From the NCBI GenBank assembly GCA_034780895.1, contig JAUZTB010000135.1, positions 43,365,458 through 43,429,457 on the forward strand: 64,000 bases of DNA. The letters run 5' to 3'. Position numbers and translations under genes: made by a program. The notes under the pieces are model-generated. The model did no database searches. It was not told the origin of the DNA and saw only the letters and a program-made list of their open reading frames with translations. The stretch comes from Rhynchobatus australiae. Its lineage: Eukaryota. Positions 40,186 through 52,239 of the stretch are shown in pieces (within the stretch, counting starts at the first letter, position 1; each line of letters starts with the position of its first letter).

Positions 40186-40719
40186 GTAAGCACTTGTTTT
40201 TACCCCTTCCCAGATTTTCTGTTACCTTTTGGTAGGCATAACTGCTGTGTTTTAAAACAAAACGCACATTTTCATTGCTTTAAGAAATGAGTGGGCAACA
40301 TCTTAACTCTTATTTGAGAACAATGTCTACTTTCATAAGAGTACACTGTTAGTTGAAACTCAGTTTAAAGCTCTCTGTCAGGAAGAACTAACAGGCACCC
40401 AGAGCAAAGGATTTAAGAATTTGTTCAAAGCCCACCTGGGAGAAAAATCACAACATCGCCACTGACTCAAATCCTGGCCCATGGCTGCTCAAAGTGGAGA
40501 AGGTTGTCAAGGATGCTATTGAGAACCACTATTTCATGCAGACAGAAGCCTACAGTTATCAGCAGGAGGAATGCACCACCATTTAAACTACCTGTCCAAT
40601 TTGTAGAAAACAGTTGGTGGTTTCCATGTTAGCTTCATCAATTGCACTGAGAAACAAGTCATCCTCAATCCGAAGGGACTGCCTGAAAAGTAGTCTGGCA
40701 GCTCTGTTTATTTGTTGGC

Positions 40720-41370
40720 CTACAAGGTTATCTTCCATGGAGAGGTGGGGGGAAGTGGTGAGAGGATTCCGAGGCGACTGCTGGACTGAAGAGGGGTGTG
40801 AGATGACAGGCAGGTAGGGGAGGTGAGTGAGGTTGGAGTTGGAAGGCTCTGGCAGGTGAATGATGGATGGAGGCAGACAGAGAGAGAGGAGAAAGATGAA
40901 AAAGGTGGGGGGGGGTGAGTGAAGATGGGAGACAGCAGCTGCTGGAGGGAAGTGAGCAAGAACAAAGCGCTACCAGAGCTGGATTCAGATAAGCAAGGGA
41001 GGTGAGAATGGGAGCCATTAGTGGAGAGGTGAATGGTAGTTGGAACCAGATTTTTGAGGGGGGGGGGAGGAGGAAAGGGGGTTGGCAGGGAGGAACCTGT
41101 GTGTGAAGTGGGTGGATGGAGCCAGGAGAAGGGGGAAGGGTAAATTAAGGGACTAATTGTGGTTCGTACAAATGCAGCAGAACACAACTTTTTTTTATGA
41201 AGACATTTATTTGAACTTAACAGAATTTTACAGTTTTTAAAAAAAAAACAAGCTTCTGGAGGAATTCAGTGGGTCAGGCAGCATCTGTGGGGCCAAAGGG
41301 ATGTTCAGCATTTAGGCTCGAGACCCTGCATCAGAGCTGGGAATGTAATAGGAAGAAAGCTGGTATAATT
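40720..41370 (-). mobile_element. Penelope-like terminal region fragments (purine-rich on +)
   Basis: ctggaggaattcagtgggtcaggcagcatctgtgg...gagaccctgcatcag at 41257-41334, preceded by a G/A-rich tract of the same family type. Confidence 0.5.
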
Positions 41371-42017
41371 NNNNNNNNNNNNNNNNNNNNNNNNNNNNNN
41401 NNNNNNNNNNNNNNNNNNNNNNNNNNNNNNNNNNNNNNNNNNNNNNNNNNNNNNNNNNNNNNNNNNNNNNNNNNNNNNNNNNNNNNNNNNNNNNNNNNNN
41501 NNNNNNNNNNNNNNNNNNNNNNNNNNNNNNNNNNNNNNNNNNNNNNNNNNNNNNNNNNNNNNNNNNNNNNNNNNNNNNNNNNNNNNNNNNNNNNNNNNNN
41601 NNNNNNNNNNNNNNNNNNNNNNNNNNNNNNNNNNNNNNNNNNNNNNNNNNNNNNNNNNNNNNNNNNNNNNNNNNNNNNNNNNNNNNNNNNNNNNNNNNNN
41701 NNNNNNNNNNNNNNNNNNNNNNNNNNNNNNNNNNNNGGGGAGGTGGTGGGGGGTGAGTTTCAAAAGAGGTGCGAGAGACGATTCTAACAATCTGGCATCT
41801 ATCACCTTTTCTTTTCCTGCTCTTGTACTTTATTTTGTCACCCAGGGAGCTGCAGCTTTAGATTCTGTACCCTCTCCCTCCTGAGGACTGTACCCAGCCT
41901 GGAGGTAAAACATGCACTTTAAAGACCGATGTTGTTCAAGAAGTGATTGGCCTGCCAATCTTTTATTCCAGTTTTCCTAGGCGAGATCTGTTCTTTTTAA
42001 AAAAAAATGAAAATAAA

Positions 42018-42180
42018 GAGAAAACTGCAGATGCTAGAAATCTAAAATAAAAACAAAATTCTGGAAACATTCAGGTCATCTGTGGAAAGAGAAATGGTGA
42101 ATGTTTCAAGTCCAAGATCCTTCAGCAGAATTTTTAAAATTTATTTCTGTTCCAACATTTTCTATTTTTGTTTCGAGTAT
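42018..42180. mobile_element. Penelope-derived short palindromic repeat
   Basis: aactgcagatgctagaaatctaaaataaaaacaaaattctggaaac...catctgtggaaagagaaa...gtttcaagtccaagatccttcagcagaa. Confidence 0.6.
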
Positions 42181-43604
42181 GCTCTTGTCTATTGGAATAC
42201 TTCTTTAATTGACTTTTTTTAAACCTTGGAATGCTCATTATCCCCTTCCATAGCTATTCTAAATATTATTTTGATTGCTGTTTCCTAGATATTCCCTCAC
42301 TGATACTTACTCCACTTGGGCTGCTTCATTTCCCAGAATCACGTCCAGCAATGCTGCCTTGCTCGTAGGGTGTGGAAAGTATTGATCAGAAAAAGTTTCC
42401 TGAAGACGCTTCAGAAATTATTTTTGTCCGTATCGTTATTTTTATTTGAATAATTTAAGTCCCTTATCACTGCTGTCTTTTGCGTATCTCTAATTTATCT
42501 ATACATTTACTCCTTCCCACCTGTGACCAATGCAATAGTTGTGGTTGTGTNNNNNNNNNNNNNNNNNNNNNNNNNNNNNNNNNNNNNNNNNNNNNNNNNN
42601 NNNNNNNNNNNNNNNNNNNNNNNNNNNNNNNNNNNNNNNNNNNNNNNNNNGCAATAGTTGTGGTTGTGTTAATCATACTGCCTTTTTTCCATTCTATCCC
42701 CACCCCTAAATTTTGCAGTTAAATTTCACACCTTCCATAAATTTGTACATTGTGTTAGCAGCAAGCTGCTCCAGGGCTCCATTTACTTTCACTGTCATTA
42801 CTTTCCCTCTACTTTTGATGTAACTCTTCCCTCTTGTATGTGGTGGCCTTGTTTGTATTTCTCATGATACAGTGCGGGGATGGCACAAATTTCTGTCTTC
42901 AGGATGTGCATGGAATGAAGTTGTGGAGGGGTGTGGGGTGAGGGATAAGTGGAAGTAAGTTCGCTTCACACAGCTTCTTTGTGTTCCCATGAATTTTCGG
43001 ATATCTTATTTTACTGATTAAGAGTTATGACCAACAGAGCAGGGACATCAGGAAGAGCTGCATGCAAACTTAAGATTTAACTGCTTGGACCTTTTGATGT
43101 TTCGACATCCAGTGCTTGGGAACCACAGTTTGCACATTTCTGACATAAAAGGCTAGGAAACTACTCTGTTAAAATGTATTTGATTTATTGGAGTGGTTGT
43201 GCATTTATCAAGGAGCTGTGCTGGTTTCTGTAGCTTTGGACTCTACAGCGATACCAACTGCATACACCACTCCAGCTTACAACTGTTGTTTTTTCAATAT
43301 AGCAAGTGTTTTGGTCTTTAAAAGAAAATGGATCCCAGACATGAAGAACCTTTTATTTTGTACTACATTTTGGTTGTGCTATCTGTAGATCTACAAATTT
43401 TTTTTACAGATAATTATTCTAATGTTCAGTGTAAGATGCAAGTGCACACACCAAGTGTAGGCATGTTTTAAAGTATAATTGATTATCTAAAATATTCTAG
43501 AAAGCTTCCTGGGAGACTTCAGATGTAATATCCATGCAAAATTTTAATTGCTACCAAGTAAAATAAGCCTAAGGTAATGTTACTGCTTGTTTGTGTCCAC
43601 CTAG

Positions 43605-43818
43605 ATACCACATTTGTAGTCGAAGCTCGCAATAACCCCAGTATTGGAGAAGGAAGTGTCGGGGGCTTAACAGGCAGTTTGAGTGCCAGTGGCAGTCACA
43701 TGGACAGAATAGGGGTAATACGAGACAACCTGAGTGAAACAGCGAGCACAATGGCACTGGCTGGAGCTAGTATCACAGGAAGTCTTTCTGGGAGTGCGAT
43801 GGTCAACTGTTTCAATAG
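43605..43818 (+). CDS. RNF19A: RNF19A exon 8
   Basis: ccacctag|AT ACC ACA... encodes DTTFVVEARNNPSIGEGSVGGLTGSLSASGSHMDRIGVIRDNLSETASTMALAGASITGSLSGSAMVNCFN. Donor AG|gtaagc; 214 bp. Confidence 0.96.
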
Positions 43819-44769
43819 GTAAGCCTCAATTTTTTTTTCACTACAGCTCTTTTAAATGGATCTTCCAAAATAAAAACTTACTTGGCGTTAATGACAGTGA
43901 AATGGAAGGGAAGAGAACATGACAGCATGCAAATAAAACGAACCAGCTGCTGACGAGAACCATTGAATGTTATGGCATAGAGACGGGTCACCTGGTCACT
44001 AATGTGCGAATCCCCATTATAGTCTGAGCCACCCAGTTTGATCCAATGTTTCCTCTCAAACCCTGTGCCTTTAAATAGTTTGAAAAGCAGAAATATTAAT
44101 TTCTGAGCTATTTCAACAATGTTTTTTGATAGTTTCATATTTTGACCATTCTGTGGGAGGAAACTTTTTAAAATATTGTTTATCAACTGGTGGCAACGCT
44201 GCCTTTAATAAAACATAATCGTTCATAATCATTGATTCTGTCACACAACCTCCACAGCTGCAGTGTAAAAAGTTGCTCCTGCTCTGNNNNNNNNNNNNNN
44301 NNNNNNNNNNNNNNNNNNNNNNNNNNNNNNNNNNNNNNNNNNNNNNNNNNNNNNNNNNNNNNNNNNNNNNNNNNNNNNNNNNNNNNNNNNNNNNNNNNNN
44401 NNNNNNNNNNNNNNNNNNNNNNNNNNNNNNNNNNNNNNNNNNNNNNNNNNNNNNNNNNNNNNNNNNNNNNNNNNNNNNNNNNNNNNNNNNNNNNNNNNNN
44501 NNNNNNNNNNNNNNNNNNNNNNNNNNNNNNNNNNNNNNNNNNNNNNNNNNNNNNNNNNNNNNNNNNNNNNNNNNNNNNNNNNNNNNNNNNNNNNNNNNNN
44601 NNNNNNNNNNNNNNNNNNNNNNNNNNNNNNNNNNNNNNNNNNNNNNNNNNNNNNNNNNNNNNNNNNNNNNNNNNNNNNNNNNNNNNNNNNNNNNNNNNNN
44701 NNTGATTTTTTTTTTAATGTGTTCAAGCACTGGAAAATAAATAAAATGGATTTTTAAAAACAATATTTT

Positions 44770-45225
44770 AAAGAAAGAAGGTATGTAAAGTTACTGGGGA
44801 TTTGTTGTCTCCCATTTGCTTTTGCAAGTTCTTTGACGGTGCCTTGCTGTTCACAATACTAATGCTGAAAAAGAAAGTGAAAGAACGTGAAATTATATGG
44901 CTCCCTCTTAACATCAAATCCAATCAATGTATTGCACACTTAATTAAGTACTCTTATAAAGCAGTCACAACAGTAATGCAGGATTTTTGATAGCTAAACT
45001 GTACTCAGCTGGGCCTTATGAGCCTAGTGGCTGCTTCAAAAGTTCTGATACTGAACCAAGAAATGTATGTGAAATTTGATTAAAAGTTGCATTTCTGCTT
45101 TCTCTTTGTTAAACACAAGTTGCATCACAGACTGACTGGTCCCACATGACATTGCCAGCTGTGGTCTTGCACATACGGACAATTACAAAGCAGCTCTGAG
45201 TCTAATCCTTAAATTGCTGATCTTT
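44770..45225 (+). repeat. Copy A of a ~450 bp direct duplication (RNF19A intron 8)
   Basis: Colinear similarity to 57194-57639, with identical blocks such as ccttgctgttcacaatactaatg, agtaatgcaggattttt, agtggctgcttcaaaagttctgata and attaaaagttgcatttctgc. Confidence 0.9.
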
Positions 45226-46516
45226 GCACTCTTCCATTGTGTTACTCACGTTGGTTGTAATTAAAAAAATTAAAGGCTCATCAAAATGAAGTTCTATACT
45301 TCTGAGAAATTGAAATACAGATTTTGCAGCTTTGGGTAGATCAGATTGACACACAAAAAGGTCTGACCAGTAATGCAGTTCCAGCCTCTCAAATTCTCTT
45401 GCATGGAATTTCCTTTTGTTTTTTTCGGATGTATTTTTGTCCTACTCCTANNNNNNNNNNNNNNNNNNNNNNNNNNNNNNNNNNNNNNNNNNNNNNNNNN
45501 NNNNNNNNNNNNNNNNNNNNNNNNNNNNNNNNNNNNNNNNNNNNNNNNNNNNNNNNNNNNNNNNNNNNNNNNNNNNNNNNNNNNNNNNNNNNNNNNNNNN
45601 NNNNNNNNNNNNNNNNNNNNNNNNNNNNNNNNNNNNNNNNNNNNNNNNNNNNNNNNNNNNNNNNNNNNNNNNNNNNNNNNNNNNNNNNNNNNNNNNNNNN
45701 NNNNNNNNNNNNNNNNNNNNNNNNNNNNNNNNNNNNNNNNNNNNNNNNNNNNNNNNNNNNNNNNNNNNNNNNNNNNNNNNNNNNNNNNNNNNNNNNNNNN
45801 NNNNNNNNNNNNNNNNNNNNNNNNNNNNNNNNNNNNNNNNNNNNNNNNNNNNNNNNNNNNNNNNNNNNNNNNNNNNNNNNNNNNNNNNNNNNNNNNNNNN
45901 NNNNNNNNNNNNNNNTGAAAGAACCAAATTCTGTGGGGGTACATGGATCATTTCTGTCCTAATATCTGAAGCAGTTTTAAAAAGTCTGTTTGAAAGAGGA
46001 CTGGCTATTAAGCTTGAAAATCGTGCTTTGCAAAATGCATAATTGTAAACCAGTCATTTCAATAGATTTGTTTCTCAAACTGCGTGTGAATTATATATTT
46101 TAAAGATTGCATTTGTTCACAAGTTAATGCACCACTACATTCCTTCTGCCAGCTTTTTTTGTATTAATGGGATATGGATTGTACTTGGCAAGATCAGCTT
46201 TAATTGGTCATATCAAATTGTCCTTGAAGTTAGCTGCCATCTTTGACGCAAAGCAAAAGAATTCCAGGATCTTGCATCAGTGGCAATAAATTGCAAGACA
46301 GTAATTCATGTCAGGGAGTTCAGAATGTTGTTAATTGCAAGACCATCATTCAAGTGTTTTGTTACTTGTGTGAATCATCATATGGATTAATACCTGCAGG
46401 TCTCTTGTTACCTATTTAGCAATAGGTTTAGAGTTCTCAAATTAATTAATGTGCTCTGTTTGAATATTTGCAGATATTACTAAATGTTAAATTTGTATTT
46501 CTTTATCTCCTTATAG

Positions 46517-47177
46517 GGAAGGAAACAGTCTGGAGGTGCAAGTTGACATTGAGTCAAAGCCTGCAAAGTTTAGGCACAACAGTGGAAGCAGTAGTGTGGA
46601 TGACAGTAGTCGCAATGTAGTCACTTTAACTTCAGCTCCTCCTCCGGATAATCGAAGCACTGCCTCCAAGTGGTCCAAAGAAACAACAACTAAAAAGTGC
46701 AAAGGAAAATTGCAGAAAAGAGGCAGTATGAAGATAAATGAAACTCGTGAAGAGATGGATGCACAGTTGTTAGAACAGAGAAGCACTAATTCAAGTGAAT
46801 TTGATTCTCCGTCACTTAGTGACAGTATTCCATCTGTAGCAGACTCTCACTCCAGCCATTTCTCAGAATTTAGTGGATCTGATATGGAGAGCATGAAAAC
46901 ATCTTGTAGTCATGGTTCAAGTGATTATCATAGTCGGTTCTTGGCAGTCAGTCCCCTTCCAGAGGTGGAGAATGATCGTTTGGAGACATGTCCGTCACAA
47001 GGTGGTCTTCTTGCATCTGTTGCAAATGGACCAAGTGCAGAAGTCTTGCAGCTGAGCTTCATTGCAGAGGAGAATGGTGCTGTAACTTCAGTGTCCAATA
47101 ATGCCAATGAGGAAACAGAAAATGTAACCAATAATAATCAGCAGCAACAGACCAGTGCAATTCATACAGAAATTTAA
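46517..47177 (+). CDS. RNF19A: RNF19A last coding exon (exon 10)
   Basis: ctccttatag|G GAA GGA AAC... encodes EGNSLEVQVDIESKPAKFRHNSGSSSVDD...MKINETREEMDAQLLEQ...LPEVENDRLE...SAIHTEI, with the TAA stop at 47175-47177. Confidence 0.96.
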
Positions 47178-48340
47178 TCTTTCAGTGCTGCAGTTTGTAT
47201 CATAAATGTCACTAATCAGTTCTGCTAACAGTTATTATATGCCGATTAATATAAAAGAAAACTAATAACTTGACTGAAACTGGTGCTTATTAACCAACAA
47301 TCATGGATTTTGAAGGTCAAAAAGTGTAGGTGTCAGGGTTAAGTGTTGTTATAAATCTGCTCCCTGGTTATCCAGTTCAATTTTTAAAGGTTGGGGGAAT
47401 AGTCGGCAGAACTTTTGAGATGCATTTATTGGGCAGTAACATTGGGTGAGAAGTAATGGTCTATTTTTCAGTCATGTGCTAAGAATATGTAACTGAACTT
47501 GGAGAAATTCCAAAATGCAAGCAGAAATCAGTTGACAGTTATTTAAAAAAAAATTGCATTCTTGACTGTGGTTATTCTATAATTGAAGATCGACCGGCCC
47601 ATTCTCTTTCACTGTTTCCTGGTGCCTTTGGAAAAGACTTCATTTAATACCTGCTTTATTTGAGGATATGTTTATACTTCTCAAAAAATACTTTGACTAC
47701 GGTATACCACACAAGAATGCTAACAAAATGGATTAAAATTGTGTATAATGAATGATCTTAAGATATAACCCTATATTAGCCTACCAAAGACAGTACTCAG
47801 GCTTTAGAAAATGTTTTGCATAACCATTTTAACTGGTTCCTTGTTCTGAAAAAGTATTCATAGTGGATGATTGCTGCTAATGCAGTTTGTTACAAATTGA
47901 AAGCACAGTGCAGAGTTTGCACATTGCTTTGAAGCATTAAAGAGAGGTAAAGACTATGGCCTTTTCTCCCTTTATGGACCGAGACACTAATAAAACTCAA
48001 AGGCTATCCTCGGCCTAAAAGGTGCACTGTTGAACTTCACTTAAATGCAAAATTGAGTCATTATATGAAAGTATGTTTTGCGCATTATGCAGTGTGTATT
48101 TGCTTTACGTTGCCATGTTGATAATAATTGAAATTTTATCCTTATGAAGAGAAGAATAAAAAAAAAGAAACAAGTTGCAATCTTTTTAATTTTCTTTAAG
48201 CTTTAGAACACTAGTGCCAGTTACAATATGTTACATATGCTTGGTTTGGTATTTATATATTTGTTTGCAAGCTGGTTTGCCTAACAGGGTGACTGTAAGA
48301 AGCATATCTAAAAATAAATACAATTAAAATGCATCACTTT
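47178..48340 (+). other. RNF19A: RNF19A 3' UTR (approximate end)
   Basis: AT-rich sequence without obvious repeats after the stop. AATAAA candidates near 47989, 48155 and 48313-48318; the last is followed by ATTAAA and T-rich sequence. Confidence 0.55.
48313..48318 (+). terminator. Candidate polyadenylation signal (AATAAA) for RNF19A
   Basis: aaAATAAAtacaATTAAAatgc, followed by a T/GT-rich downstream tract. Confidence 0.5.
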
Positions 48341-50599
48341 GAGTATTCTTATCTGCAAAAGTTTGGTTTGATTGAAATATTAAATGTACATTTTAAAAGC
48401 AATTATAACTCAGTACTCCTCCCTGCTGGTTCAGTAATGCACTTCAGCCATATAGACTGGGAAGGTGCCAGGGTTTGTCTGTCTGAACAAAGGAAACTTA
48501 TTTTTAGTGTCAGAGAGAGGAAAATCTGTTAGGGTTACTGCCTTGGTTATTTTAGGACTCCTGGTAGGAATATAACACTAGACATCTGATTAGGATTAGA
48601 ACTCTTCCTCAAATTACTTACTATAATTTGTAAACAAATTATTTTAGAACGATTGTACAGCTTAAACTATGTAGCTTCAAGTTGCAAAAATGAGGAATTG
48701 AAGGTTTGCTCTTTCTAAAATTTTGTTTGAATTTGTAATTTAGACTTCAACTAATCAATCCTTCATTGTTAACCATCTGACAGCTTTTGGACTATGACTA
48801 GGTGTTCAGCTGGGAGTGGTTACCTGAATAGGTGTTAATGTGTAATCCCTCCTGAGAAATGTACTTGGGGAATTTAGGAGGGTTGCAAAAGTGAATCAGT
48901 CTCACTAATGAGACAAGTGATTGCGCAGAGTACAACTCAAGTGGAGCTTCGACAGAGTGCAGAGAATTTAGTAAGTATGGAACTCAGATGTTGAGGGGAA
49001 ATGAGGCACAACTTTGTGTCTTCAATACCAGGTGTTAATTTCATGCAGGAAATGATTAAACTTTGACTAGTGCTTAGTGTAAGCAAACATGTTATATTGA
49101 TTAAAGATTATGAAAGGTTTAAAGGTAAATTGCAGTAATTAGCATAATGTAACTGATTAAATAGCCAGAAACTTAAACTAATTGGATATATCCATCAATA
49201 TTTGACAGGTGGCATGGTTATTGTAGCTGCAACATGGGGGAAGTCAGTAAGACACCAAGAAATCACATTTTCAAAAAAGCATCTTGAAAAAATTTGACAT
49301 GGGATGAGATGAAGACATTACAGTGCTTCAGGGAGGGAGAGTGTTAATTTGGAATTTGTTCCANNNNNNNNNNNNNNNNNNNNNNNNNNNNNNNNNNNNN
49401 NNNNNNNNNNNNNNNNNNNNNNNNNNNNNNNNNNNNNNNNNNNNNNNNNNNNNNNNNNNNNNNTGTTAATTTGGAATTTGTTCCAGGAGCAGTCACAACC
49501 TTCATGTTAGGTGGGAGGAGGGTGTGACTGAATTAGGTATGTGTATGGGAATCCAAAAGGTGGTGATTCTAGTCACTGTCAATGAAGGATATAAAAGCCT
49601 GAGGTTACAGAGAATATTTAGAGAAATAGCAACAATGAGGCGAGGAAGCCATGGATAGCCATGTAGTGGTGTTCCTATTTTTGCTTAATATTTAGGGAGG
49701 GGAATGGCCATCCCGTAAAATTGAATACCACCTGGTACAAGTGAACAACTGTGCTGTTCACATGACTATCTTGAATACAAAAGATTCGGTTTCATTTACT
49801 GATGCTGGAGTGCTGTTTTCAAGTACAAAACACAAGAAAAGAGCTTATCTACAATTAACGTTTGCTGAAAAGTTTCATCTTAACCTTTTTAAAAGAATTC
49901 CCTTTCAAAAAGTGTAGAATTAGATTTTGGAAATCGATTTAAAGGCATTCATTTTTCCATTTTCAGAGTGGTTTTCCCATCATTACTAAGCTGATAAAAT
50001 ATTTTACAATGAGAAGTGGATGACCAAACTTTGAAGCCAATGCATCACAGCATGAATAGCCTTGCAATGTGCTTATAATTTAAGCCTGTTTCCTGTTCTA
50101 TGTTATTTTTGTCTATCTAGAGTTACCTAGAACAGTTTAATTGTATAACTAATCTGGCTGCAATCATCTCTAAGTACTCACCTTGGATGGAAGCCACCAT
50201 ATCTTCACCTTCTGACTGCTTTTGGGCCATGGTTTATGTGTATCAGCAGGACCGGTCAACTGCCCTTGTAAATTATGGTTGCTTCCTGTACTGCAGTGCT
50301 ACCCTTTCAATTGCATGTTGTAATATTGTACCACTTGGAAATGACCAAACCAAATGTTCTAGCATTTTGCATTCATTGTGCACTGGTTTCTGAAAGGGCA
50401 GCAGCAAAGGTGACTGAATAGTATTGTATTGTAACAGTTAGAAGAAAGCAATTTTGAAGCTGAATTCAAATCTGATGATAAGACAATGAAGAGATTACAC
50501 AAGTCAGCGTCACTGTTTAGGATATATTTTGTCAAGCAAGGTTCTAAATTAGAAACATCTTGAAAAATAACTGAGCAAAAATTCTTTGAAAAGAAGTAG

Positions 50600-51365
50600 A
50601 GGTATCAGTACAAGTACAATTTATTTCCTTCAGTGCATAAATATAACAGGCTGAAGCAATTTTTGCAGCTCCTTGAACTTAAATTGGAGATTGCATCATA
50701 GTGCATAGTTTTATCACAGTCAATATCTGGTGTTACAACTGTACATAACTACAGATTTACTGCATTCTACATTTAAAGTTCAAGGTTTTATCATTGACTA
50801 GGCAAGTATGCCTAATTCCAATTTGATCATGAATAAATTAATATTCTTCATCAAGCAATCCACAAGCATAAACTATTTTATTCTAATGAAGGACTGACCA
50901 AAGGAAGTCTCTTTAAATAAAACTATTCTGAAGCTTGGGGCTTTGTAAAAATCTAAAACTAAAGTACTGACAAGTAGAACAGAATTGATAACAAACAACA
51001 AAGTAAATGATTTTTGTTCTTGTTTTACCAATGAGAACACAAAAATGTATGTTCATCATGAGGAATTGATGGGTCTTGCTGGTTTATTTAAGAAATGAGG
51101 CCACAACTTTGAAAATAACAGTGCCCTTTTAAGTAAATGATTGCAGGTTATCAAATAGTTCATTCCTTTGGATGAATGAAATGTACTTGAATAGGTGTAG
51201 GAAGGTACTTTAGTGAAAGAGTTTTAGGTCATTTTTCATTTCAAGGAGGAATTAAGAAAGCAGAAGTGAGTAGAAAAGTGTGTGGATTGCAAGCCATATT
51301 ATTTCCATAGTTTCTAACCACCTGAGTTGCATGTTATATATTAACTTTGACTCCTAAAAGAAATA
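50600..51365 (-). other. SPAG1: SPAG1 3' UTR (approximate)
   Basis: Minus-strand AATAAA (tttatt on +) near 51083, 50877 and 50620. Confidence 0.45.
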
Positions 51366-51494
51366 TTATATATCATAGTTTCTTGCTAGATTTTGTACAT
51401 CTTCAGAGGTGAATTCAGTGTTCTTCATCTGTAAAAGATTGCTAAAGAGTTGTCCCACTTGATCCCTTTCTTTACCAACAATCACTGATGCAAT
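51366..51494 (-). CDS. SPAG1: SPAG1 terminal coding exon (not in the ORF track)
   Basis: Minus strand tttatttttgtgcag|ATT GCA TCA... encodes IASVIVGKERDQVGQLFSNLLQMKNTEFTSEDVQNLARNYDI then stop, aligning with the human C-terminus as recalled (...IEQLFEDL...FTLEDIQALKRQYEL). Phase 0 matches the upstream exon. Confidence 0.88.
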   Translation of the reverse strand: MASVIVGKERDQVGQLFSNLLQMKNTEFTSEDVQNLARNYDI

Positions 51495-52239
51495 CTGCAC
51501 AAAAATAAAATGTTTACATTAGAATTGTTGAATCACATGAAATCCAGGTCTTTAGCCATAAATTACTTAAGCTGTTAGCAACATCTATCCATTGCAATCT
51601 AATTTTATAAATGCACCTGACAAAGTATATACTTATGACAATTTGAATGTTTTATAAAATCATTCAGTTTTGTGTATAGTTCACCTTGTTTCCATGATGC
51701 ATGATGTCCCTGAAAATCTGTTAGACTATCTGCAAAACAAATGGCCTAACACCTGACCTGTTTGCAAAATTCAATTGATCATCAAGACTGATTTTCTTGA
51801 GCTAAATTGGATTGCTAGGGTCTGTTATTTAAATTGCAAAGAAAACATTACCTTGACTACAAGGTGAATCAGGAGTGATTCTTCAGACTCTCCATTGAGC
51901 CTGTGGGCAACCACCACCAGCCACTGCTTTGCTACTTCCTGATTAATCACTTCAATTACAGAACTCCTCTTAAACCACTATCACTGCTGGATGTCTTTTT
52001 CCACTTTTCTGTTCAGAAGACTATATAACTCCAATATACGAATTATATCCTTGGAAGAAGGGTGCTCAGAAGTAGAGAAGGTGTGAAGAGGAGGGAGTTG
52101 ACAAAGTGGAGATGGCAGGGTGGGAGGTAGGATAAGTGAAGTGGGAGGGATCTGAAATCCAATAATCAAGGGGGAGGAATTGAGTGAGGGTGCCTAGTCG
52201 TGGATTAATGAAGGGGAAGTCTTGGCAATAAATTGTCAA

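Noticed and set aside
42532-42669. gcaatagttgtggttgtgt repeated around a 100-N gap
   Set aside because: Scaffolding overlap artefact.
49342-49485. tgttaatttggaatttgttcca repeated around a 100-N gap
   Set aside because: Scaffolding overlap artefact; not a target-site duplication or CRISPR repeat.
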